This document shows, piece after piece, positions 44,067-57,891 of a stretch of DNA of 64,000 nucleotides; the stretch's first letter is position 1; the number at the start of each line of letters is the position of its first letter. The notes under the pieces are model-generated. The model had not been told where the DNA came from. It worked only from the letters and a program-made list of their open reading frames with translations, and made no database searches. Where the stretch lies: the NCBI RefSeq assembly GCF_009914755.1, contig NC_060928.1; one strand, given 5' to 3'. Source of the stretch: the human T2T-CHM13v2.0 reference genome, Homo sapiens. The position numbers were made by a program, and so were the translations under genes.

Positions 44067-45145
44067 GGCGATTGGAAGGTGAGGCGGTCCCGGAGTTCTT
44101 GCATCCCAGGTGATTGTGAAGTGCTCACCATTTGCCACTGCACATAATTGAAACAAAATAGGAAAATTGCATCAAACTCTTCAGGACAAGGTTTTCAAAA
44201 CAAGTTGCAATCTTGGCAGAACTGGACAAAGAGAAAAGAAGACTACTTATGCAGAACCAGTCTTCAACAAATCATCCTGGAGCTAGCATTGCACTCTCGA
44301 GACCCTGTCTTAATAAGGACTTCTGGGATCACGCTGAGCCGCAGTATATTGCAGCCCAGCAGAAGGCAGCTTTGCAGCATGCTCATGCACATTCATTTGG
44401 ATACTTCATAACTCAAGACTCTGCATTTGGGAACCTGATTCTTCCTGTTTTACCTCGCCTTGACCCAGAATGAAGAAAATATTTGTGATGGAAAAGAGAC
44501 TTTGTAATATCAAATGCCAAAGCTACTGTCATTCAGTGCTAGATGAACTGTGACTTTCAAAATTTTGGTGAACTTTGATATTTTTTGTTTGTTAAAGGAA
44601 TGTGTAAGTGAAAGCAGAAAGAAGGGTAATCAGGATGATGAGAGCTGTGGAGGCTGTATCGTCCAAGGAATTGATTATGTACCGTAACTGTAACTTTTTT
44701 GTAATGCTGTTTAACAGTAATCAGACTCTGAACTGGATGGTCACAAAAACATTCCCCAACCCCTAGCAAGTTTGACTGAATATATCATGTCCACAGTAGA
44801 TTTCCAAGAATCATTTATAGTACTTAACTTTAAAGAAACAAGAGTACTTTTAAAAAATGAACCAATAAGCTTAAATCTGTTACATCCATATTTGCTGTTT
44901 ATAGGATTGGTGTCAGTGTACCTTTTGAGTTTACAGTCAACATGTATCATCCTAAAATATTATTTCTGAACTCATAACTACTTCCCCCTTTCTCACTTTA
45001 AAACAAACCCCAAGAATAAATTACTAACCAGTCTTAACCATCTTCTATAAACATATTCTTCTATAAACATCTTCTATAAACCATCTTCTATAAACATCAT
45101 TATAAATGATGTGACTAAATGCAATTAAAAATAATAGAAAAAAAA
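44067..45145 (+). pseudogene. INIP: Processed pseudogene of INIP (SOSS-C / C9orf80) in HSPA4L intron 11
   Basis: Intronless match to the INIP protein as recalled (AELDKEKR.LLMQNQSSTNHPGASIALSRP...FITQDSAFGNLILPVLPRLDPE*); start ATG changed to ATT at 44166; ~7-nt deletion near 44203; 3' UTR, ATTAAA at 45124, A-rich tail and degenerate TSD. Symbol is that of the parent gene. Confidence 0.9.
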
Positions 45146-45347
45146 GGAAAGTGAGAATAGGAGATTGTAATATCCATTTTAACTGAGTGAACTTTTCAGA
45201 AGATATAAAATGAAATTACAACATTTAAAAGGATTTTCAAATTTTAAATTTTTTTCTATGTACTGCTTTATAGACTAAGAAGGGGACAGCACAAATATTA
45301 TAAATATTTCAAGGATATTATATAAAGCAGTAAAATTATTGAACATT

Positions 45348-45833
<486 letters not shown>

Positions 45834-46433
45834 AAAGTCATCCAAGTTTTTTACTACCTGATTTTACTGCCTAATGTTCTCTCTTCTATAGATAATATAT
45901 ATATGAGATTTCTTTAGAGAAATAAAACATCAGTAGATTTCTTAAAGCATTGATAATGATCTCTGCAGGTATTTTGCTATAGGAAAAATAAAAATTGGAA
46001 TTGCTTTATTTATGAATTACCAAGATGGTTATGATTTGTAAAGCTTATATCAAAAAAAATCTATTTTGTTTTCAAATTCAGAAAGTGAATCTTGTTATTT
46101 TGGTTTTAGAATAGCAGTATTATGAGATAACTTACTGCCTTTGAATCAAATTGTCCATGGTTAAATTCCCAGTGCTTTTTTTTTTTTTTTCCTAGCATTG
46201 ATGATTTTGAGCAGGTTACTTAAGCTTCCTGAGACTTAATAACAGGTTTGTTATGGTTTATAAAAGATAATCTGGGGGAAGTACCTGCCCCATAGTGATC
46301 AATCAGGATATGATCATAATTATTGCCAAGATGATTATTTGCCAACATCTTAAAGATGATAGCCAAATTATTCAATGAATTGAATAAGTTAATCTGAGGC
46401 TCACATACTGATTGGAGTTCTTTTTTCCTTAAG

Positions 46434-46633
46434 GGAGCTTCACTATTCAGAATGTTTTTCCACAGTCTGATGGTGATAGTTCCAAAGTGAAGGTTAAAGT
46501 TCGTGTTAACATCCATGGAATCTTCAGTGTGGCTAGCGCATCAGTAATTGAGAAGCAAAATTTGGAAGGCGATCACAGTGATGCTCCAATGGAGACAGAA
46601 ACTTCATTTAAAAATGAAAACAAAGATAATATG
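46434..46633 (+). CDS. HSPA4L: HSPA4L exon 12
   Basis: ccttaag| (G)[66 protein letters not shown] |gtatgt. Confidence 0.96.
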
Positions 46634-47124
46634 GTATGTAGAAATTCTTTCTCAATGTTCTTGTAATAGATAGTGTATACAGTATATCTTAATCATAACT
46701 GGGACTTTAATAGTTGAATACATTACTCTCTGAGGTTTTGCTTTGATTTTCTGCTGTGGGAATCTGTGTAAAGTCTTTTGATAAAAGCATTAAGGAATAA
46801 TACTATTTTCAATGCTTTACATCTTTCACGTTGTCACATACTTTTTAAGAGTTTGGTGCATCTTTCATAGTATTACATGGAGCAGGTGAACCTGGAATTC
46901 TTTCCTAAGTTCTTAACTTCCATTAAAACATGTATTTTATTATGGCTAGATTTTTAGCTTACAGATAAAACCACTTCAGAATGATAAATTTTGAACTATA
47001 CATTCTTTTTAGATTGAAAATACATGCTTAATAAATAATTTTTCAGGGTTTATTTGGGGGACATCTGAGACAGTTAAGCAGAGGAATGTGCTGTACATTC
47101 AGTAATGTTAAAGTACAGATTTTT

Positions 47125-47437
<313 letters not shown>

Positions 47438-47634
47438 TTAACTTTATTAAAGAGTTATGTGACCTGAATTTACTGTGGGGATACTATAGATGAAGGAATC
47501 TTAGGAGAACTTTATCGTATTTAATTACACAACGTTTTCATCTTTTTATGTGTGCTCCTCATGAATTATTTGTGTGCATTATTTTTAATGGCATTAGATT
47601 TTTTGTCTAATTACAATTGGAAGTCTGCCCTAGA

Positions 47635-48237
<603 letters not shown>

Positions 48238-48639
48238 CGATTTTCTTTTATTCTATTTTAAGACAGTTTCTCCCTTTTTTTAAGGTTGCTTTTTGTTTTT
48301 ATTAATAATTACTATGCATCTTTCTTCCAAATTGATCAGAATTCAACCACTAGACTTTAAACTACTTCATTTAAGGACTGTGGCTTTTTCTTTCAATCTT
48401 TCCATGTATCATTTTGTAATCGCTTTCTTATTTGAATTGAGGAAGAGGAAATGTCTTTATTTGTTAGTGAAGGTACAGTTTTTCATAAATTAACATAATA
48501 ATTGGTGAAAAGTTAATATTTTAAATTATAATCCACAATAACTAAGATATGTAAATTTAATCCATTAAGATTTATTTTTACTGAAATTGAAAGTGCTTTG
48601 TATGCCTTCTAAGACCAGGTGTTTATAATCATTTATCTA

Positions 48640-48940
<301 letters not shown>

Positions 48941-49550
48941 CATTTATCTTTTTTTAAGTATTTCTGCTGAGACCTTTAATTTTCTTTATATAATATTAGT
49001 GAATCCTGGGAACTGAAAATACAACAAGAATATTATGGTACCCATCTTGTACTTCCCCTGGCAGTTCTTATTTGCTGCTTCTGTTTGTCTGTGAGCTGGA
49101 AATTCAGTTAACCAAGCTTTAAAGGATGATTTCTGTATGTGAACTAAGTGGGTTCACCTGTGAATAAAGTGCATGGATTTATGGCATCTGCTTTGGTTAC
49201 TCAGAGACTTACCTGCTTATGATAGTTTTTGGCTTGCTAGAACATTTGCAGGCAGTTGAGGTTCCCATACAAGGAATTTCTAGATAGGTGATGTGTTCCT
49301 TAATATTTCTTTTACAATGTATGTAATCAAAAGAAAAAAGGTAGCTAACATTATGGATCATATACTTGGCATTGTTGGTGAGCACATTCATATATGTATT
49401 ATCTTTTTTTTTAATTTTTTTTTGAGCCACCATGCCCAGCCTAAATCTTTTAAATCCCTACTACAGCTAATATAATAAATATTGAATAAATTGTAGTTTA
49501 TTTCCTTTTCCTTGCTAATAAAAGCGATGATGCTGAATACACTGTGTTGA

Positions 49551-49861
<311 letters not shown>

Positions 49862-50310
49862 TGTGCACTTTTTAATGGTTCTCTCTAGGATTTTTCTCTT
49901 TAATTCTGTATTTGGAAGTTTAAAGACTTAAATACCATTATAAAGTAGTCTCCCCTTCCCCTCAAAAAAGTGAACCAATTCAAAGACTCTGGAAGCTAAT
50001 TGTTTAAATTTCAAGGGGTGGAATAATAAGATAATAAGTTCTTCTTTTTACTCTATCCTAGCTGATGGTATTGCTGGCTCTGAGGTAGATAAAGAGGCCC
50101 AGACATAAACCAGTGAACATCAGCAGGAGCCTTTTTTTTTTCTATGAGGGTCAGTTTATGAAAGACTATTTTGTATGTGTTATTTTCTAATTCAAAATTA
50201 AAATAGCATTGATTTTCCCGAAAAATCACAATAGAGCTTGCTGACTTCAATATAATGATATGTGAGAAAATTGACACCTCTCTTGTAGGTATAATTTAAT
50301 ACAGGGGCAT

Positions 50311-50412
50311 ATTAAGAAATTACCACATCAAGCCCTGAATACTTATTAAGAAATTACCACATCAGGCTCCGGGTACTTACTAAGAAATTACCATATCAAG
50401 CCCCGGGTACTT
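50311..50412. repeat. 34-bp tandem repeat x3
   Basis: aYtaagaaattaccaYatcaRgcYcYgRRtactt at 50311, 50345 and 50379. Confidence 0.9.
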
Positions 50413-52067
50413 TGGTTTGTGCCTATAGTTACAGCTACTCAGGACGCTGGGGCTGGAGTTTGAGTCCAGCCTGGATAACATAGTCTGCAAAAAAAAAAAA
50501 AAATTATCACATCTTAAACTATATCACAAAACCCAGGGATCAAAGAAACTATATGCTATTCATCTTACTAATGTACCACAGTTTATTTCCCAATTGTTGA
50601 CCATTTGGGTTCTTTATCTTTTTATTTACTTCTATTTATTTTTTTAATTCCACATATTTGCTTATGTGTAGCCAGGACTCTTCTATGCACTAGGGATACA
50701 GTGATTAAACAAGATTGAAAAGGTTGCCACCCATCTATAACTTACAGTCTAGTGGGAGAGGACAGGCATGAAGCAAAAAGATAGCATATAAATATAAAGG
50801 AAGTTAATGGGGATGCATAGTGGGAATTATGTGATAGTGATGAGGAAACCACTTAGGAAGGAACAGGTAAGCTAGTCTGAAAGATGCAAAAGGCAGCTTA
50901 AGGGTAAGGAGTAGATAGGTAGTTGTCCAGGCAGAGTGAATAACAAATAGAAAGGCACTGAGACAGGAAGGCCTTCTTTTTCGTTGTTGTAACAAATAGA
51001 AGAGTGGTTGGTGTATAGGATATAGGTGTGGAGAATGGGGGAATAGCAGGAAAAAAAATGAAATTGAGAGGGTAAATCAAGCGACAAATCGGGTAAAACC
51101 TTAAAGTTCATGGTAGTATCTAGATTTGTTTCTTAAGTGCTTTATGTTTATTTAGCAAATAGCTATGAGTACCTAAAATGTGTGCTTGGTCATAGCAGCA
51201 AACAGAAAGATGGTTTCAACTCCCATGGAGTTTAAAATCTATCAGTGAAGTCAGAGTCTAGAGGCACTTCCATTAATTATCCCACTATTGATAATATTTC
51301 TATAAACATCTTAAAATCATTTTAAAGAATTAACAGTTTATTACCATTTCATATCCATTTTAAGATGTGTAATTTTCTGCTTTTAAATGTATCTTAGTCT
51401 TGCAAATGATAACATCTTATATTTGCTGTTGATCATGGCAATAGTCATGAGATACTTCTCATCACCTGTGCATCTGTGAACTCGGTTGTAATTCCTAGTG
51501 GCATGACTAGATAGTTGGCAACCTCTTGACATTTTAGTGAACAAACCATTTAAGGAGCATTCAAGGAAGGAATACGAGTCCTGGTTGGTTGAAAACAGGT
51601 TGTGATAAAGATACAGTCATAAGTCTTGTAGAATAGGTGTTAGTGGCTTGTAAGAAAACACTAGAGGCTATATTAGAGCAACTTTTAAACAAATGCTGGG
51701 TCATTTATACTCCTGATGACACACAGAGTGATATTGTATAGAAATATACATTAACAACTGGATTAAGTGATTCAGAAGAGTTGGATTCTGAATGTGAAGA
51801 AATTTTAGAAATAACTACTTAATCTGGTTTATTTTCCTTTTCTCTGTGAAAGATATAAATATATAAACAATAGAAGAGCTCTTTCAATAAATATAAAAAT
51901 TCTAAGTGATAAGGCATTGTGACCATTTAGCATTTTTTTCTGAGTAATACAAAAATTAGAGTTAATAACTCAACACTTTATCACTTTTTTCACCTATCTT
52001 ACCTATCAACAGGGTTGGGGAGGTTGTAAGGTAGGGCAGGGGAGTTGAAATATCAAAAATAATTGAT

Positions 52068-52322
<255 letters not shown>

Positions 52323-52842
52323 AGAATAATTGATCTTTTAACTACAAAAAAAAAAAATTAGCTCCTCTTTGGCAGAAATAAGCTTTTATTCAAGATAGCT
52401 TTCTGGGTATTACAGATTTGCTTAATTCTAGATGTAGTTGAAGACCTAACTTATGCTGATTCCTACATTTCAAGCTTTCTTCAGGAGGATGGTGACAGGA
52501 TTAAGAAGGTGACCAAAAAAATCTATTATATATATGGGATTATTTGCCAAGTGGAGAGTTCATTTTGGAGATTTTATTGGTAGAAAGTTTGGTTTTTAGA
52601 CATAAAAAAATCTTAAAAGTGTACCTTTTAATAATTTAGAAACACCCACTTTGAGTTTTGATTAATTTGATTAATTTTGATTAATTTATATCAAAACTCA
52701 AAGTGCATATTTCTAATTATTTTACATTTTACAATTTAAAGATATAGTATTGTATTTGTGTAATTCATAGATTTTGTATCTTTTTCATTTTATTTTCTTG
52801 TGTTATTTATAAACATCTTTCATATCAAGTTGAATGTTCTCT

Positions 52843-53005
52843 ATTTTATTTATTTTTATTATACTTTAAGTTCTGGGATATATGTGCAGAACATGCAAGT
52901 TTGTTACATAGGTATACATGTGCCATGGTGGTTTGCTGCACCCATCAACCCGTCATCTACATTAGGTATTTCTCGTAATGCTATCCCTCCCCTAGCCCCC
53001 CACCC
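52843..53005 (-). mobile_element. 5'-truncated L1PA 3' end with perfect 13-bp TSD
   Basis: ttattatactttaagttctggga...ctatccctcccctagccccccaccc; TSD TTGAATGTTCTCT at 52830-52842 and 53006-53018. Confidence 0.9.
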
Positions 53006-53321
53006 TTGAATGTTCTCTTTTTTTGTAAGCTTTTGTGAATCTTGATTTGTAAATTTGGCTTGAGAACAATTTTCCACGTATTTTGCAATTACTTAGCCAT
53101 AGATAAACAAGATTTATCCCATAGCATCAAATAGATCTTTTCACTTTACTTCCCTGTTAATCTGTTTATTTGTAGCAATTCTCATTTGAAAAATGAGCTT
53201 CTACTTAACTGTTTCTACATTTTACATTTCAAAACAGGCTTGAACTCTTAAGATGCAGTTTACATTTTTAAAACAAAAAAAAGACACTGCGTATATTATC
53301 AATTATGTATTTTCTTTCTAG

Positions 53322-53417
53322 GATAAAATGCAGGTTGATCAAGAAGAAGGGCATCAAAAATGTCATGCTGAACACACTCCAGAAGAGGAAATTGATCATA
53401 CAGGAGCCAAAACAAAG
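53322..53417 (+). CDS. HSPA4L: HSPA4L exon 13 (acidic loop region)
   Basis: ttctag| [32 protein letters not shown] |gtttgg; 96 nt, phase 0-0. Confidence 0.93.
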
Positions 53418-53675
53418 GTTTGGTTTACTTTTTCTGTAGTTATGTCTTTTTGAAATTGATATTTTGAATTATTGTATTTAATGCTTTCTTTTAACGCACT
53501 TGATATTTTTGATCTTAGAATTGTGAGAGAATATAGAAAGCTGATAGCCAGAATAAATATACTTTAATGATTTATTAAGAGTTGTGTTTTTTAAAAAGGA
53601 ACCCTAACAACATGAGCAAAATTACCTTTTTTGGTAGGAAAAAAGATACATTTTTCATTAACTTTTTTTTTCATC

Positions 53676-53893
53676 TCATGAGAACACACGGACACATAGA
53701 GGGGAACAACAAACATTGACGCTTACTGGAAGGTGGAGGGTGGAGGAGGGAGGGAGATGATCCCTCCCCTTAATGGGTACTAGGCTTAATACCTGGGTGA
53801 TGAAATAATCTGTACAACAGACCCCTGTGACATGAGTGTACCTATATAACCTGCACATGTGCCCTTGAACTTAAAAGTTTAAAAAAAAAAAAA
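53676..53893 (+). mobile_element. Older L1PA 3' end with poly(A)
   Basis: atgagaacacacggacacatagaggggaacaac...aatacctgggtgatgaaataatctgtacaac...cttaaaagtttaaaaaaa. Confidence 0.85.
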
Positions 53894-54482
53894 GGAAATT
53901 TTATCAAAGAACCCAACAATAAAATTGCCTGAATTCTTTACCTTATTTCCTTAATTCATTATTTCTCATGTTTCACCAATAACTGCATTGTATTTCTAAA
54001 GTATGAATACATAAGTTAAAATCTTAACTTTAAGTGAAAAAAATCATTTCAGAAAAATATGAGATGGAACAAGCTATATGAGGAAAACATGTTAGCTGTA
54101 CTCTATATCTCAGAATTAACCACTCTAATTATTTTGTTGCATATCATAAAATATTTTTCTATGTGTAAAAATTAATACTTTCAAAAATAAAATGTTAAAG
54201 GATAAATGATTTATTGAGAGTAATTATTTTTCTAAGATAGTGATTGCCAATAAGACAGAAGGGAGAGGCCCTGCCCCAGTCACCCAGATGAATGTGGTTA
54301 TAACTCTTAAAGCTATCATCTTCAACAGATTTTTCTAACCTGCATAGATTAAATTCTATGCAGGTTAGCCAAATAGATTCATTTCTCAGAGATTGTAAAG
54401 ATTTAGTTTTAAATTGTAGATTCTAAAGTTATTTAAAACCTGGAAACTTTTTTTCTGACTTTTTCAAAATTTTAATTGTTGA

Positions 54483-55240
54483 ACAGCTTTATTGAGATAT
54501 AGTTTACATGTCATTCAAATCATCCAATTAGTTGTACAGTTTTTAGTATATTCAGTTGTGCAACCATCATCACAATTTTAGAATATTTTCATCATCCCAA
54601 AGAGAAGCCTTGTTATCTATTAGCGGTGACTTCCCATTTCCCTTCAGCCCTCTCCCTGCCAGCCACAGGGAACAGGCAATAGATTTGCCTATTGTGAACA
54701 TTTCATATACGTACAGTTATACAGTATGTACTTATTTGTGACTGGCTTTCACCAAACATAATGTTTTCAAGGTTCATCCAGGTTGTAGAATATATCAGTA
54801 TTCCTTTTTATGGCCGAATAATACGGCATTGTATGAATACATACCACATTTTATTTATCCATCTATCAGTTGATAGACATTTGGGTTATTTTCACTTTTT
54901 TACTCTTATGATTGTTATGAACAATCATGTATAAGTTTTGCGGGGGTGTGTATTTTCATTTTTCTTGGGCATATACCTAGGAATGGAATTGCTGGGTCAT
55001 AATTGTTTAACATTTTTGTTAACATTGTTTTGTTAAGATTGTCATCTTGAACATTTTGAGGAACTTCCCAACTGTTTTCCAGAATGGCTGCAACATTTTA
55101 CAATCCTGCAAACAATGTATGAGGGGTTGCAGTTTCCCCACATCCTCAACTAACACTTATTATTTTATATTTTTTAATTGTAGCCACTGTAATGGGTGAG
55201 AAGTAGCTACTCGTCTTACTTTTGCTTTTCATTTCCAACC
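54483..55240 (-). mobile_element. L1MA/MB 3' fragment
   Basis: acagctttattgagatatagtttacat...catatacctaggaatggaattgctgggtcat. Confidence 0.8.
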
Positions 55241-55424
55241 CAATATTTTTAATATAGAAACTAGGATTTAACATACACAGACTACAAAATAACATCAGTC
55301 TTAAGGTAGTACTTTAAAATAAATATAACAGATCATAATCGTTTTGATTTTACTTTCTGTTTTACCTCTTAAATCTATTTTTAAGCTAATTTTAGAAATT
55401 TATACTTCTCTTTCGGATTTGCAG

Positions 55425-55562
55425 TCAGCTGTCTCAGACAAACAAGACCGATTAAATCAGACACTTAAAAAAGGAAAAGTCAAAAGTATTGATCTACCGA
55501 TCCAGAGTAGCCTATGTAGACAACTAGGCCAAGATCTTCTCAACAGCTACACTGAAAATGAG
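55425..55562 (+). CDS. HSPA4L: HSPA4L exon 14
   Basis: ttgcag| [46 protein letters not shown] |gtatgt. Confidence 0.95.
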
Positions 55563-56939
55563 GTATGTAAATCTGAGTTGATGCTGAAATAGGTGGTAGT
55601 TTATTCTGAAATTTTGTAGAAGTCAATGATTATCTCCAAAATTTAGGGCACTAGTTTATAACTCCTAAGGAATTATATTAAGTAGATTACTAAACTATTT
55701 TTTACAAAATACTGAGCTGTTTTAATGCCATATGTACTGTGTAGCTATCATCTTAGTTGTGTGAAAAACATGTATTGCCTCCTCTATAGAGAAAGACTTT
55801 TCTGAAATTGATTCTTCCTTTTATTCTGTCTTTAACAATGACACCCAGCAGACCACATATGGGGAAATATTAGCTGCTCCCCTCTTCTCCTGTGTTGTCC
55901 TTAAAGATTATATCTCTGTTCAAAATGTTTTCTGACATCCATTAAATATTTTTTTAAAAAATCTTTGTCATTCTTGACATTTTCTTACATGTTCTTTTCT
56001 ATTTACATGTTTAAGTTACAGTCTCTAGAGGAAACGAGTTTTGTTTCTTTACCAGTATCTGTTTAAGAAGTAATTTATATTTTATAAGTTTACATTTAAG
56101 TGGTAGTTCCTAATTTTTACAAGCTCAGCTGGCATTAAAAGGTCAGTCTTCTGACTTTACAATGCTTGCTTTTGTAGTACCTACCTATATCATCTATTCA
56201 TTAATAATTGTTAAAGGCTGCATTTTATGTGAAGCAAGCATTCCTGGAGATCCTGAATAATTTGGAATTTGTGTGTCTTGAGAAAAATTTTCCCAAAGGA
56301 ATGAATTGTAGGGAAGCACAGTTTTGGGAAATTTTGTATATAAAATGAGATTTTCTTAACTTTTGAATGTCTCATTATTTTCACTTCACAAATGTGAATG
56401 CATTGCAATTTATAAAGGGATTCTTAACGTTTACATGTGTTTTTATTAAAGTGAAAATTTTGCTCAAGTATTATAATCTTCAGGTTATTTCTTTGCTTTT
56501 GTTCATCATAAACTAACATCTATAAATACTTTTTATTTTTACCCTCAAACCTATGAAGTGTAGGTTCTGTTAGAGAACTACATTTCACAGGTGAGGAAAC
56601 TGAGACACAAGTAGACTAAATTACCCAGGATCAGAGAATACCCTTTGGATTTGGATCCAGGTGATTGTTCTCCAAAGCTCAGTATCACAACCACTATACC
56701 ATATCCACCCCCGCAAGGCTTTTATTCATTACCAGTTATGTGTCAAACATGGAACTAAATATTTTACATGAATTATCTCAACCTTATTAGCAGCCCTATG
56801 AGTTAGATGGAATTATGCTCTCTGTTTAGGATAAGAAAACTTATGTTTAGATGATTTTCCTGCTATCTCAAGATAGTAAATAGGGAACCTAGGATTTTAA
56901 TCTGAGTATGTAGAATGACATAGGCTATGTTTTCTTTTG

Positions 56940-57730
56940 TTTTTTAACAGCTTTATTGAGATAAATTTACATATCATAATTAACCCATTTAAAGTATCCA
57001 GTGGTTTTCGGTATACTACGTTAATTTTTTTACATGAAATTTGCTATTATAACCATTTTTAAGTGTATAATTCAATGGCTTTAATTACATTCACCATACT
57101 GTGCATCCATCACCACTGTCTATTTTCAAAACAATTCCATCACCCCAAACGTTAACTCTATAATAACTTATTTTCCTCCCTTCTCCCAGTTCCCTACTTT
57201 CTGTCTTTGCGAACTGCCTAGTTATCAATAGATAAGAATCATGTTAAGTGGGATTATACAATGCTTGTCCTTTTGTGTCTGGCTTATTTTACTTGGCATA
57301 ATGACTTCAAGATTCCTTGTTTCAGCACGTATCATAACTTCATTTCTTCTTAAAATGAAGTAAAATACTACATTGTGTTTATATACTTTTTTTATTTGTT
57401 CATCTTTTAGTGCACATTTGGGTTGTTTCTACTTTTTGGCTATTGTGAATAATGCTGCAGTGAACACTGACATACAAATATCTGTTCAAGTCTCTGCTTT
57501 CAATTTTTTGTGGGTGTATCTAGGAGTGAAATTGAAATTCTGTGCTTAGCATTTTGAGGGACAGCCAAAACGTTTTCCATGGTGGCTGCAGCATTTTACA
57601 TTCCTCTCAGCAATGTACAAGGGTTTCACTTTCTCCACATCCTCATGAATACTTATTTTTTGTATTGTAATCATCCTAGTGAGTGTGAAGTGGTATCTTG
57701 TGGTTTTGATTTCTATTTCCCTAATGCATA
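56940..57730 (-). mobile_element. L1M 3' fragment ending just upstream of the exon 15 acceptor
   Basis: acagctttattgagataaattt...gtgtgaagtggtatcttgtggttttgatttctatttccctaatg. Confidence 0.8.
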
Positions 57731-57765
57731 TTCTTATGGCAACTAATCTGAAGCTTTTTGAATAG

Positions 57766-57891
57766 GGGAAGATGATCATGCAAGATAAGTTAGAGAAAGA
57801 AAGAAATGATGCTAAGAATGCCGTTGAAGAATATGTATATGATTTTAGAGACAGGCTGGGCACTGTCTATGAAAAATTCATCACTCCAGAA
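57766..57891 (+). CDS. HSPA4L: HSPA4L exon 15
   Basis: gaatag| [42 protein letters not shown] |gtaagt. Confidence 0.96.

Noticed and set aside
50311-50412. CRISPR-like regularly spaced ~30-bp repeats (also 31185, 3004)
   Set aside because: Head-to-tail tandem copies without unique spacers, in primate DNA with no cas genes
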